62,471 bases of DNA, filler included, from Nemertoderma westbladi (GCA_032718475.1; 3 parts of 3 records of this genome joined end to end with filler, not necessarily neighbours in it), one strand, 5' to 3'; shown: positions 1-11,620, counted from the whole stretch's first letter. The notes: a model not told the origin generated them from the letters alone. Made by a program: numbers and translations.

Positions 1-162
1 AACACTTATACGACCTATAAACTTACCAAACATTAACGCTTATACGACCTATAAACTTACCAAACATTAACGGTTATACGACCTATAAGCTTACCAAACA
101 TTAACACTTATACGACCTATAAGCTTACCAAACATTAACGCTTATACGATCTATAAACTTAC
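1..162. repeat. 34-bp minisatellite (AACACTTATACGACCTATAAACTTACCAAACATT), ~5 copies, runs off window start
   Basis: Directly visible tandem periodicity of 34 bp. Confidence 0.9.
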
Positions 163-2167
163 CACACATCGAAACGTCATCAACTTCGATAATAGCGTCA
201 CCAGCGTTGGGATTATAAAGAGGGTCGTTGGCCGCAGTGATGTCCTTAAGAGCTTGTTCTAGGTATCCCATAGAATCGGAATCGTTGGGTTGTAGGGGTC
301 TAGAGTAATCGCTTAACGGAGGCATCCTAGTTAATGTAAAGAAAATCATATCATAAAACACCGGAGGCACTACCACTACTACTATCAGCTTGCTACATTG
401 CAGCTACATTATATATATTACATATATATTTAGAATGCTATGCCGGCTTGTCGATAAAATTGCTCCACCACAACTCCCTATCACCCATGACATTTGCTAC
501 ATAGTCATGGGCTGTCCACCATGCTTATTCGCTCAATGAGGGCGCCAAAGCACAAGATTATGCACTAGCTGGTCCTCACGGCGAAATCATGTCCTGCAAA
601 GCGGAGTGTGCAAACCTGCAAACCGTTCAAGTGTCAACTGCCAAACAAGGAGAGACTAATGGAACACCTCAAATGTTGTGTAGAGTCTGATTGGAGATGT
701 GTGCATTGTACTTGACACAATAAAACCGGCACAGTATTCTTGTGAATGTGCCATCCAGAGATTTGGTGTCCTCAGCAGTTAGAGCCCAGCATGGACTCCC
801 ATAGAGGAGTACTGGAACTACTGCTGCTCTAAATAATCGGACCTTAAGTTTCCGATTAACTCTCTGTGAATTTACCTCCTCATGGCCTCCCATCTGTCAA
901 TACCATCACATGCTGCCACTGTGCTCAACCCTACCGTACTTGGCGACCTCTGCAGATAGAGCCCAGCATGGACACCCATATAAGCGTAGTGGTACGATTA
1001 CTGCACTAAAGGTGTAATATTATGGTTTTGTTCAGAAGTGGGAAAAATGAGAAAGCGCGTCACCGGGGGTTGAACCAGCGCTATTCGTACGTCTCAGCCT
1101 ATCAGGCCTCATCAGTAGCGCTAACCAGTTCAGCCACTTGTCCCTGACATTCACACTCCCACCTAATCCACTTCTATTGAACAGGAAGTCTTAAGTTGCA
1201 TATATTCTATCTCTAACAGCGGACCTAACGGCCTGATAGGCTGAAACGTACGTATAGCGCAGGTTCAACCTCCGGTGACGCGCTTTCTCGTTTTTTCCAC
1301 TTCTGAACAAAACCTTAATATTATACCTTTAGCTTTAATTACAGTTGCAACAGCTCATCTCCAATTTATTTAACTGCTCTAAATAATCGAACCTCAAGGT
1401 TCCGTTTTATTCTATGGGACTTCCAAATCCTGGACAGACACCGGAGGCAACGAGAAGGCTCTTCTCTCTTGAGAGTTACCTGTAAGTCAGGAAGAATTCC
1501 CCCCACTCAACCCCATATCTGACCCCTTTACATAACAGAGCATCATATACGAAATTGTAACTACCTATACTGCCACCCCTCCTCCCCAACCTCCTCATGT
1601 CATCGCATACAATGTTTGTAAACACAATCAGATCTTAATTAATATCGCTGCATGTTGTACTCATGTATGTTGTATTCAAATCCAATATTTGACCTGCAGG
1701 CAAATTCCATGTATGGGACTGTCGAATCGATAATCAATAATAAGGTAAATTAGTAAATTACATTGATGTGAGAACAACCCCCCCCCCCCCCCCCCCCACC
1801 GGCATTTTTGAGAAATTCACACCTGCAAAAACAAAAACAGATCAATTGAAAGTTTAGTTTTGTAAGTCTCCTCCTATGAAATTAATTTTGGATACATTTA
1901 TATGGGTAACGAATAAGTGGATACATCATGTCGGGATACGACTGGATGGCTATCTGCCTCAAGTATTGCAGTAGGCTGCTTTGTAACCACAACTGGGCCG
2001 GCTGACTGCAGCCCAGCACATATATTCGCTCTGCTAACAAACCTTCTTAGTGGAATGATATTGTCATTAAGTTCCCTTTCAACTATTGGCTGGTTGCCCT
2101 GGTTCGCTACAATATCAGGGATTATTGGGTCCCAGACAACGTTATCAGCATCACTATCGGAATCCAT
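163..2167 (-). CDS. Putative multi-exon gene of unknown function (candidate exons ~1920-2167, ~1480-1633, 163-326), continuing beyond window start
   Basis: Exon 326-163 has a TTTTCTTTACATTAACTAG acceptor and a GTAAGT donor. An open frame at ~1633-1480 (..CDDMRRLGRRGGSIGSYNFVYDALLCKGVRYGVEWGEFFLTYR) ends in a CAG|GTAAC donor that is phase-compatible with it. Removing the LINE at 370-1437 leaves a short intron. No homology recognised. Confidence 0.3.
1006..1332. repeat. ~100-bp inverted repeat (arms 1006-1108 and 1230-1332) made of two copies of a tRNA-like/hammerhead cassette
   Basis: The arms are reverse complements with a few mismatches, and the pair sits inside the LINE. Confidence 0.85.
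1077..1122 (-). ncRNA. Minimal type I hammerhead ribozyme motif (two core substitutions in this copy) between Pol III A and B boxes
   Basis: Minus strand reads AGCGCTA-CTGATGA-GGCC-TGATA-GGCT-GAGAC-GTAC-GAA-TAGCGCT; the partner copy (1230-1260, +) has the canonical GAAAC-GTAC-GTA. A box TGGCTGAACTGG (1136-1125), B box GGTTCAACCCC (1076-1066), followed by a T-tract. Confidence 0.75.
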
Positions 2168-3026
2168 GTAAATGAAGATTACCGTACCGCAATATTAGTT
2201 TTAACTTTTAAGATAATGAAGCGAAGATGTTACTAATATAGGTACCTGATGCTGATACTGTCCTACCGTAGGTAAAGACAGACTAAGTAGGTAAGTTGTG
2301 CGTATAATAACAATAACACCAGTCCTCTTAGTCAGTAAATTCTGCCATCTATTACCGGTCCGTTACAAGTACCGGTAATTAAACTGTTAAAAGTACCGGT
2401 AGCAAATAAGGAACCGGTTCCCGGTGTACTGTACCAATCTGCCAATAGTCATCTAAGGAAGCAATTGAGAATAAATACCGGTACAGTAATAACTAAATAG
2501 TTCAAAAACATAACAATGAATGAAGTACATACTGCATACATACATACGGGTCTGCTGAACCCTGCACAGCACAGCTGGTATACCGGTACAATAACGTACC
2601 ATTGAATATATTACTGGATTAGAGTCAGAGAGTAGCAGTACCGGTATAGAAAGTCAGAAAGTAGGTTAGTTGGTTACATCACATCACGATAAGCGATCAG
2701 ATAAAAATCGATGTCTACCGTTCTGCCGTTAGCTACAACAGCATAGTACTGATCAACGTACTTTCATATGTACCTCACCCCACCCTAATGTCTCACAGTC
2801 ATATTTTTACTGTTTAATTTTTAATATTGTTTGTTTAATTTAAGTTTTTAGACAGATTTCTATGTTGTTACTCTTACACAGTTTCTGGTAACTAATATTT
2901 TGTCTACTTTAGTTGTTTTTAAATTTCCCTCTTCGTATTATATAACATAACCAGCCCTTTGTTGCCAAGTAACAGAATCGAAAGCCCTAACCTAACCATG
3001 GCCATGCCATAACCATCACACAGTGG

Positions 3027-3109
3027 CAAGGCGTCCTTTAAACCTATTTATTAGAGGATGTATTAAAGGACGAAGACGAGTTACTGGACGAGTATTAAAG
3101 GACGCCTTG
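3027..3109. mobile_element. 83-bp MITE (P-element/hAT-like) with 15-bp TIRs and 8-bp TSD
   Basis: TIR CAAGGCGTCCTTTAA / TTAAAGGACGCCTTG; CACAGTGG at 3019-3026 and 3110-3117. Confidence 0.75.
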
Positions 3110-4746
3110 CACAGTGGGCCAGGCTCTCTATAAAAGTGGTCAAATTAACTGAAAGTAAATTGGAGAAGGTGATGCCTCTTTCTTTTTGGGACGAGATTTA
3201 TATTTTCAACCTCACTTAGATCAGAATTTTATCGGCTATCCAATGAAAACAACTTTCGTCTTCATACGACCTGTATTTTTCAAGATATGGCTGTTTCATT
3301 AAAAGTGCATAAAAAGTGTATGTATCCGTACTTTTCGTATTTCCATAACTTTGGTGAAAATGTGGCAATTCGATATATTCAGGTTCAAAAGGAAGCTGGT
3401 TCCGATTACAGACCTCGTTTTTCTTGAAAGTAAAATTTTCATTTGGGGGGTGGGTAAACCAAAATTAAAAGTGCAAATAGCCAGCACTTTTCATTTTCCA
3501 AAAAGTTATATAAATTATATCTTAAATTCATTTCAATGTAGGTTTACATAGACGCTGATTCTGATGGCCCTCTGATGCCTCATCTTTCATGAAAACTGTC
3601 GTAAGTATCATTTCTTGCGGTGGCACAACTGTGAAAAGTGCAAACTGCCAGCCATTTTCAAAATTTTTTATTTTCTATGAAAGTTGTTTGCCAAATTTTC
3701 GTGGGTGGCACCAATATGAAAAGTGCAAGAAGCCAGTAATTTTCATATTTAAATGTAACAATTTGAATTTGTGGATTATATGTGTTTTCGAGGGTACTGA
3801 ATTCATTAGAAGTGGCATCGAAGGTCAAACTCACATAAATTAATTGGGCCAAATTGGCCAAAAAGACATCCTACAATCTTAGTTTATCTGATGTGTGCCG
3901 TGAATACACTAACAGTTTAAGCCCTACCACGACGTCAACGTGCTGCAGGACGGTAGAGTGTGGCTTTTTAATTGAACTTAGCCGGAAGCCATAGAAACCA
4001 GATAAATTAAATATTGGCTTTTTAATTGAGCTCTGCTGGAAGCCACTTAAACCAGTATTTCATTACCAATTTTAAAATATTTTGTTAACATCAAATGGTT
4101 TCAGAAGATGTAAGGCATCTTCAGGTATTGCTGTCCTTTTGATGTTGTTGGTAACGTCACGTAGAGATGACATGTGAGGGTCTGATGAACAAAACATTCG
4201 GTTCATCAGAACACGGTTCGTATCAACCCGTGACGATTTCCGTGAAAATAGGTATTTTTAAATTTTTAAAAAATTTTCCATGTTATGAAATATTGGCTAA
4301 AAGATGGGACAGGTTTCATCGATTCTGACAATGTTACTTTTTTGGCCAATTTGGCAACCTCTGGCCCCTGTGCATCAGCTGGGTGGTGGATAGTGGCCAG
4401 TGCATCAGCTGGGTTGTGGATAGTGGCCAGTGCATCAGCTGGGTGGTGGATAGTGGCCAGTGCATCAGCTGGGTGGTGGATAGGGGCCAGTGCATCAGCT
4501 GGGTTGTGGATAGTGGCCAGTGCATCAGCTGGGTGGTGGATAGTGGCCAGTGCATCAGCTGGGTGGTGGATAGTGGCCAGTGCATCAGCTGGGTTGTGGA
4601 TAGTGGCCAGTGCATCAGCTGGGTGGTGGATAGTGGCCAGTGCATCAGCTGGGTGGTGGATAGGGGCCATTGCATCAGCTGGGTGGTGGATAGTGGCCAG
4701 TGCATCAGCTGGGAGGTGGATAGTGGCCAGTGCATCAGTTGGGTGG

Positions 4747-5677
4747 TACTACTAGTATCGGCAGGCTGCATTGTAGCTGCATTTTTAAGAATGCTGTGCC
4801 GGCTTGTCGACAAAATTGCGCCGCCACAACTCCCGTCAACAATGTCCTTTAAGATGCGTCTCAATAAAGTCATGGGCTGCCCACCATGCTTATTCACTCC
4901 ATGAGGCTGCCAAAGCACAAGATTATTTAATGGCTGGTCCTCACGGCGAAAGCAATGTCCTGCAAAGCGGAGGCGATTTTGTTCTAGTGTCAAGATTGGG
5001 GGAACCAATGAGACACCTCCAATGTTATATAGTGTCTGGTTGGAGATGTGTGCATTGTACTTGACACAATGAACACGGCTAGCATTCTACTGATCTGATT
5101 GCTGCAATAATTTCATCAGGAATCCCATATAATGAAAGTATGCTGAACATACGTAAGCGAGAGACTGAATCAAAGGCCTTGAAGAAGTCAACAAAGATAA
5201 CAGCCAGGCCAGATGCCTGTCTTTCCTTTTGGATAAATCTTCAATTATCCTTCTAAGTGCCAAAATGGGCTCCATGGTCCCACGACCTTTACGGAACCCA
5301 TTCTGATTTCCACGGAGCAGTTTCTCAATGGGATCCCTGATGCGATTTAATCGAATTCTATTGTATAGCTTTGCAGCAATCGAGATCAATGAGATTCCCC
5401 GAAGAGAACCATAGAGTGTTAGGTTGCCCTTCTTGGGAACTGGCACCAACTTATTTGTTTTCATTTCTTGTGGGACTCTTGTTGTTCTGTACATGTCTAC
5501 TATGATGGGATAGATGGGCTTTAAACACTCAGGTATTTTAAAGACCTCAGGGGGAACACCATCTACTCCACTGGCACGATTGATCTTAATGCTCTTTGCA
5601 GCAGCCTTCACTTCTGCAAAGCCTTCACTTCTGCAAAGGAGATATCGCCAATGGGAATATCTGGTAGTACAGACTCA
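4747..5677 (-). mobile_element. Internally deleted RTE-like LINE fragment, copy 1
   Basis: RT N-terminal motifs (ASGVDGVPPEVFK, VPVPKKGNL, RGISLISIAAKLYN, QNGFRKGR) joined to the C-terminus (RLRFAGHCFRR); TAG tail. Confidence 0.9.
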
Positions 5678-6494
5678 GTGGATAGTGGTCAGTGCATCAG
5701 CTGGGTGTTGGATAGTGGCCAGTGCATCAGCTGGGTGTTGGATAGTGGCCAGTGCATCAGCTGGGTGGTGGGTAGTGGCCAGTGCATCAGCTGGGTGGTG
5801 GATAGTGGCCAGTGCATCAGCTGGGTGGTGGATAGTGGCCAGTGCATCAGCTGGGTGGTGGATAGTGGCCAGTGCATCATTAGCTGGGTGTTGGATAGTG
5901 GCCAGTGCATCAGCTGGGTGGTGGATAGTGGCCAGTGCATCAGTTGGGTGGTGGATAGTGGCCAGTGCATCATTAGCTGGGTGTTGGATAGTGGCCAGTG
6001 CATCAGCTGGGTGGTGGATAGTGGCCAGTGCATCAGCTGGGTGGTGGATAGTGGCCAGTGCATCAGCTGGGTTGTGGATAGTGGCCAGTGCATCAGCTGG
6101 GTGGTGGATAGTGGCCAGTGCATCAGCTGGGTGGTGGATAGTGGCCAGTGCATCAGCTGTGTGGTGGATAGTGGCCAGTGCATCAGCTGGGTGGTGGGTA
6201 GTGGCCAGTGCATCAGCTGGGTGTTGGATAGTGGCCAGTGCATCAGCTGGGTGGTGGATAGTGGCCAGTGCATCAGCTGGGTGGTGGATAGTGGCCAGTG
6301 CATCAGCTGGGTGGTGGATAGTGGCCAGTGCATCAGCTGGGTGGTGGATAGTGGCCAGTGCATCAGCTGGGTGGTGGATAGGGGCCAGTGCATCAGCTGG
6401 GTGGTGGGTAGTGGCCAGTGCATCAGCTGGGTGGTGGATAGTGGCCAGTGCATCAGCTGGGTGGTGGATAGTGGCCAGTGCATCAGTTGGGTGG

Positions 6495-7425
6495 TACTAC
6501 TAGTATCGGCAGGCTGCATTGTAGCTGCATTTTTAAGAATGCTGTGCCGGCTTGTCGACAAAATTGCGCCGCCACAACTCCCGTCAACAATGTCCTTTAA
6601 GATGCGTCTCAATAAAGTCATGGGCTGCCCACCATGCTTATTCACTCCATGAGGCTGCCAAAGCACAAGATTATTTAATGGCTGGTCCTCACGGCGAAAG
6701 CAATGTCCTGCAAAGCGGAGGCGATTTTGTTCTAGTGTCAAGATTGGGGGAACCAATGAGACACCTCCAATGTTATATAGTGTCTGGTTGGAGATGTGTG
6801 CATTGTACTTGACACAATGAACACGGCTAGCATTCTACTGATCTGATTGCTGCAATAATTTCATCAGGAATCCCATATAATGAAAGTATGCTGAACATAC
6901 GTAAGCGAGAGACTGAATCAAAGGCCTTGAAGAAGTCAACAAAGATAACAGCCAGGCCAGATGCCTGTCTTTCCTTTTGGATAAATCTTCAATTATCCTT
7001 CTAAGTGCCAAAATGGGCTCCATGGTCCCACGACCTTTACGGAACCCATTCTGATTTCCACGGAGCAGTTTCTCAATGGGATCCCTGATGCGATTTAATA
7101 GAATTCTATTGTATAGCTTTGCAGCAATCGAGATCAATGAGATTCCCCGAAGAGAACCATAGAGTGTTAGGTTGCCCTTCTTGGGAACTGGCACCAACTT
7201 ATTTGTTTTCATTTCTTGTGGGACTCTTGTTGTTCTGTACATGTCTACTATGATGGGATAGATGGGCTTTAAACACTCAGGTATTTTAAAGACCTCAGGG
7301 GGAACACCATCTACTCCACTGGCACGATTGATCTTAATGCTCTTTGCAGCAGCCTTCACTTCTGCAAAGCCTTCACTTCTGCAAAGGAGATATCGCCAAT
7401 GGGAATATCTGGTAGTACAGACTCA
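6495..7425 (-). mobile_element. Internally deleted RTE-like LINE fragment, copy 2 (duplicate of 4747-5677, offset 1748 bp)
   Basis: ORFs 6835-7359 and 5087-5611 differ by one residue; junctions are identical. Confidence 0.9.
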
Positions 7426-8780
7426 GTGGATAGTGGTCAGTGCATCAGCTGGGTGTTGGATAGTGGCCAGTGCATCAGCTGGGTGTTGGATAGTGGCCAG
7501 TGCATCAGCTGGGTGGTGGATAGTGGCCAGTGCATCAGCTGGGTGTTGGATAGTGGCCAGTGCATCAGCTGGGTGGTGGATAGTGGCCAGTGCATCAGCT
7601 GGGTGGTGGGTAGTGGCCAGTGCATCAGCTGGGTGGTAGATAGTGGCCAGTGCATCAGTTGGGTGGTGGATAGTGGCCAGTGCATCAGCTGGGTGGTGGA
7701 TAGTGGCCAGTGCATCAGTTGGGTGGTGGATAGTGGCCAGTGCATCATTAGCTGGGTGTTGGATAGTGGCCAGTGCATCAGCTGGGTGGTGGATAGTGGC
7801 CAGTGCATCAGCTGGGTGGTGTATAGTGGCCAGTGCATCAGCTGGGTGGTGGATAGTGGCCAGTGCATCAGCTGGGTGGTGGATAGTGGCCAGTGCATCA
7901 GCTGGGTGGTGGATAGTGGCCAGTGCATCAGCTGGGTGGTGGATAGTGGCCAGTGCATCAGCTGGGTGTTGGATAGTGGCCAGTGCATCAGCTGGGTGGT
8001 GGATAGTGGCCAGTGCATCAGCTGGGTGGTGGATAGTGGCCAGTGCATCAGCTGGGTGTTGGATAGTGGCCAGTGCATCAGCTGGGTGGTGGATAGTGGC
8101 CAGTGCATCAGCTGGGTGGTGGGTAGTGGCCAGTGCATCAGCTGGGTCTTGGATAGTGGCCAGTGCATCAGCTGGGTGTTGGATAGTGGCCAGTGCATCA
8201 GCTGGGTGGTGGATAGTGGCCAGTGCATCAGCTGGGTGTTGGATAGTGGCCAGTGCATCAGCTGGGTGGTGGATAGTGGCCAGTGCATCAGCTGGGTGGT
8301 AGATAGTGGCCAGTGCATCAGCTGGGTGGTGGATAGTGGCCAGTGCATCAGCTGGGTGGTGGATAGTGGCCAGTGCATCAGCTGGGTGTTGGATAGTGGC
8401 CAGTGCACCAGCTGGGTGGTGGATAGTGGCCAGTGCATCAGCTGGGTGTTGGATAGTGGCCAGTGCATCAGCTGGGTGGTGGATAGAGGCCAGTGCATCA
8501 GCTGGGTGGTAGATAGTGGCCAGTGCATCAGTTGGGTGGTGGATAGTGGCCAGTGCATCAGCTGGGTGGTGGATAGTGGCCAGTGCATCAGCTGGGTGGT
8601 GGATAGTGGCCAGTGGGTGAGTTATTTTCCTTGCAATAAATATGTGGGACGTTCCACGAAGTTCGTAGATCCTAGCGAACTGACACGTTAGGTAAAACTC
8701 TAAAAGTAAAGTAAAGTTTTCTTCGGCCCTTAGGCCATGGATTCCCGGTGCTCACAAAGTGTGACGACGTATTTCCAGTG

Positions 8781-10086
8781 CGGTCCCCCAGAACTACTAC
8801 CCAGATGAAACTCGTACGCGGTCCCCCAGAACTACTACCCAGATGAACGCGGTCCACCAGAACTACTACCCAGATGAAACTCGTACGCGGTCCCCCAGAA
8901 CTACTACCCAGATGAAACTCGAACGCGGTCCCCCAGAACTACTACCCAGATGAACGCGGTCCACCAGAACTACTACCCAGATGAAACTCGTACGCGGTCC
9001 CCCAGAACTACTACCTAGATGAAACTCGAACGCGGTCCCCCCCCAGAACTACTACCCAGATGAAACTCGTACGCGGTCCCCCAGAACTACTACCCAGATG
9101 AAACTCGTACGCGGTCCCCCAGAACTACTACCCAGATGAAACTCGAACGCGGTCCCCCAGAACTACTACCCAGATGAACGCGGTCCACCAGAACTACTAC
9201 CCAGATGAAACTCGTACGCGGTCCCCCAGAACTACTACCCAGATGAAACTCGAACGCGGTTCCCCAGAACTACTACCCAGATGAAACTCGAACGCGGTTC
9301 CCCAGAACTACTACCCAGATGAAACTCGTACGCGATCCCCCAGAACTACTACCCAGATGAAACTCGTACGCGGTCCCCCAGAACTACTACCCAGATGAAA
9401 CTCGTACGCGGTCCCCCAGAACTACTACCCAGATCAAACTCGTACGCGGTCCCCCAGAACTACTACCCAGATGGAACTCGTACGCGGTCCCCCAGAACTA
9501 CTACCCAGATGAAACTCGTACGCGGTCCCCCAGAACTACTACCCAGATGAAACTCGTACGCGATCCCCCAGAACTACTACACAGATGAAACTCGTACGCG
9601 GTCCCCCAGAACTACTACCCAGATGAAACTCGTACGCGGTCCACCAGAACTACTACCCAGATGAAACTCGTACGCGGTCCCCCAGAACTACTACCCAGAT
9701 GAAACTCGTACGCGGTCCCCCAGAACTACTACCCAGATGAAACTCGTACGCGGTCCACCAGAACTACTACCCAGATGAAACTCGTACGCGGTCCCCCAGA
9801 ACTACTACCCAAATGAAACTCGTACGCGGTCCCCCAGAACTACTACCCAGATGAAACTCGAACGCGGTCCCCCAGAACTACTACCCAGATGAAACTCGTA
9901 CGCGGTCCCCCAGAACTACTACCGAGATGAAACTCGTACGCGGTCCCCCAGAACTACTACCCAGATGAAACTCGAACGCGGTCCCCCAGAACTACTACCC
10001 AGATGAAACTCGAACGCGGTCCCCCAGAACTACTACCCAGATGAAACTCGTACGCGGTCCCCCAGAACTACTACACAGATGAAACT
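8781..10086. repeat. 38-bp minisatellite (CGCGGTCCCCCAGAACTACTACCCAGATGAAACTCGTA) with a few 31-bp variants
   Basis: Direct tandem periodicity, ~35 units. Confidence 0.97.
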
Positions 10087-10421
10087 GGTTAATGTTACCT
10101 ACTAAACTCTTCCACCTATTTGTTTGTTAATGTTACCTACTAAACTCTCCTACAAATTGAAGCAATGAAACCTGAGCATCACCTTGCAGGAGCAGCAACT
10201 CACTTACATCATATCGCATTGCTATCGAAAGAGTAAAGAGACTGCGCAAGTGTACAAGATCTCAATAATTGCTAATCCTCCTTTATCAAAGAATACAAGG
10301 GCCTACTGTACTGTTAATAACATTGGAGACAGTGGGATGGGAAATGGAAGCATATCCCATTTCGGCGAATTATTATTTGGTTCACAGTCACAGTCACCCC
10401 CGGATTGATTAAATATATTTA

Positions 10422-11594
10422 TTAGAAACCCAAAACTTCTACCCCTAAATCGTCTTTGAAAGGGAAACAAAGGTCGATGAGTTGTTCCGAATCGCTCACA
10501 GTTCGGAATCTTTGGAACATGCGTTGCGCCAATAGGAACGCGCGTTCCTCAGCCCCCTCCGTGCGTTCCACTGCGGCAACGTGCGGAACGCCAATGACTC
10601 GACGCATTACATCGCAGGCGGCGAACCCCGCTGCATCGGAAACGAACTGAGTCCAGTACCGGGGTTCCTCGATCCCGCGCGACCGATGGTAGGTCTCGAG
10701 GACAGCCGCGCCCAGCTCCCGCATCCACAGACAACCGGAAGCGTTGCCTCGCACCGCGTGAACGCAATGAAACAACGCGAGACTAGCCAATGGCTGTCCC
10801 ACATCCAACGCAGTCGCCCCGACGTACGTGAACTCTCCGTCGATGATAAACCCGCGGGAATCGTCCACCATAACCGATCCGCAATGGAGATCTCCATGAA
10901 CCAAGGCCTCTCCGTCTGAGATAAACTTACCGCGCATAGCTTCCATGCCGTCTCTCACCTTCTTATTGCTGTAAACCCTCTCTTCTAGCAGGATTTCCAC
11001 AGCCTTACAACATCTGTTGTCCGGGTTTCCCGGTCTATAAGGACCGTCGAAGAAGTATTCCAGGGTTATGGAAACCAAAGGATTGTTTCTATAGAGATGT
11101 TCGTTAGGAATTATTCCGTAATTATCCAAGGCGGTTTGTTTATGAATATCAGCAATGTTTTCTATAACGTTGAGAAGGGATTGTTTCGTTATAGAGGCGT
11201 CGTCTAGTCGGATATACGCCACCACAGCGTCGCGTCTACACAGATCTTCCATCGCAAACACCTTTGTATCGGCGTTCCAACAGTATAGTTTCGGTACGCT
11301 CCCTGGACGCAATCTATCGAAGTCTTTAATCGCTTGTACTTCTAAGTGGAACCGATCCTGAGTTAGAGGATTTTCTGGGCCAAGTATCCCGATGTAGGGA
11401 GGACAGTACTTCAGTATCAGTGAGCAGGAATCTGTACGAAGTCGTTGCACAAAGTTTATGTTTCCATCGCTTAAGTTATCTGTGACGGAATCTTTGGAAT
11501 TAATTAATCCCAATATATTATCGTCATCGGAAATCACAGTGTTGCTTGGGGAAGTTAATTTATCTATTATTATTCTTCCAATACATTCTGCCAT
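10422..11594 (-). CDS. mtnK: S-methyl-5-thioribose kinase-like protein (MtnK/MTK family, APH/choline kinase fold), intronless, ~390 aa from ATG 11594
   Basis: Family motifs in order: DGNINFVQR, LILKYCPPYI, PLTQDRFHLE, VPKLY, AMEDL, ALVHGDLHCGSVMV, IIDGEFTYVG..LDVG, GFAACDVMRRVIG; ORF is uninterrupted. Confidence 0.85.
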   Translation of the reverse strand: MAECIGRIIIDKLTSPSNTVISDDDNILGLINSKDSVTDNLSDGNINFVQRLRTDSCSLILKYCPPYIGILGPENPLTQDRFHLEVQAIKDFDRLRPGSVPKLYCWNADTKVFAMEDLCRRDAVVAYIRLDDASITKQSLLNVIENIADIHKQTALDNYGIIPNEHLYRNNPLVSITLEYFFDGPYRPGNPDNRCCKAVEILLEERVYSNKKVRDGMEAMRGKFISDGEALVHGDLHCGSVMVDDSRGFIIDGEFTYVGATALDVGQPLASLALFHCVHAVRGNASGCLWMRELGAAVLETYHRSRGIEEPRYWTQFVSDAAGFAACDVMRRVIGVPHVAAVERTEGAEERAFLLAQRMFQRFRTVSDSEQLIDLCFPFKDDLGVEVLGF

Positions 11595-11620
11595 TTTCAG
11601 TACCAGCAATTAATAATAAT

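Larger units (their letters stand above)
370..1437 (-). mobile_element. Decayed 5'-truncated RTE-like LINE with 12-bp TSD, interrupted by the ribozyme-bearing inverted repeat
   Basis: ORF 669-893 (KVRLFRAAVVPVLLYGSPCWALT) matches the C-terminal region of the copy at 59010-59669; (TAG)n tail at ~370-384; ACACCGGAGGCA duplicated at 358-369 and 1438-1449. Confidence 0.85.
4370..8615. repeat. 30-bp minisatellite (GTGGATAGTGGCCAGTGCATCAGCTGGGTG) in three blocks (4370-4746, 5678-6494, 7426-8615)
   Basis: Direct tandem periodicity; blocks are separated by two near-identical LINE fragments. Confidence 0.97.

Noticed and set aside
1050-1148. Functional tRNA gene
   Set aside because: A and B boxes are present, but there is no anticodon loop or proper 7-bp acceptor stem; the centre is a hammerhead motif
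4181-4210. TCTGATGAAC..GTTCATCAGA containing CTGATGA
   Set aside because: Simple 10-bp hairpin that sequesters the motif; no stem II/GAAA arrangement, so not a hammerhead
4266-8691. Repetitive ORFs (WWIVASASAG, MHWPLSTTQL, VDSGQCISWV)
   Set aside because: Translations of the 30-bp minisatellite
8781-10086. CRISPR-like appearance of the 30-38-bp repeats
   Set aside because: Units are head-to-tail without unique spacers, no cas genes are present, and the context is eukaryotic
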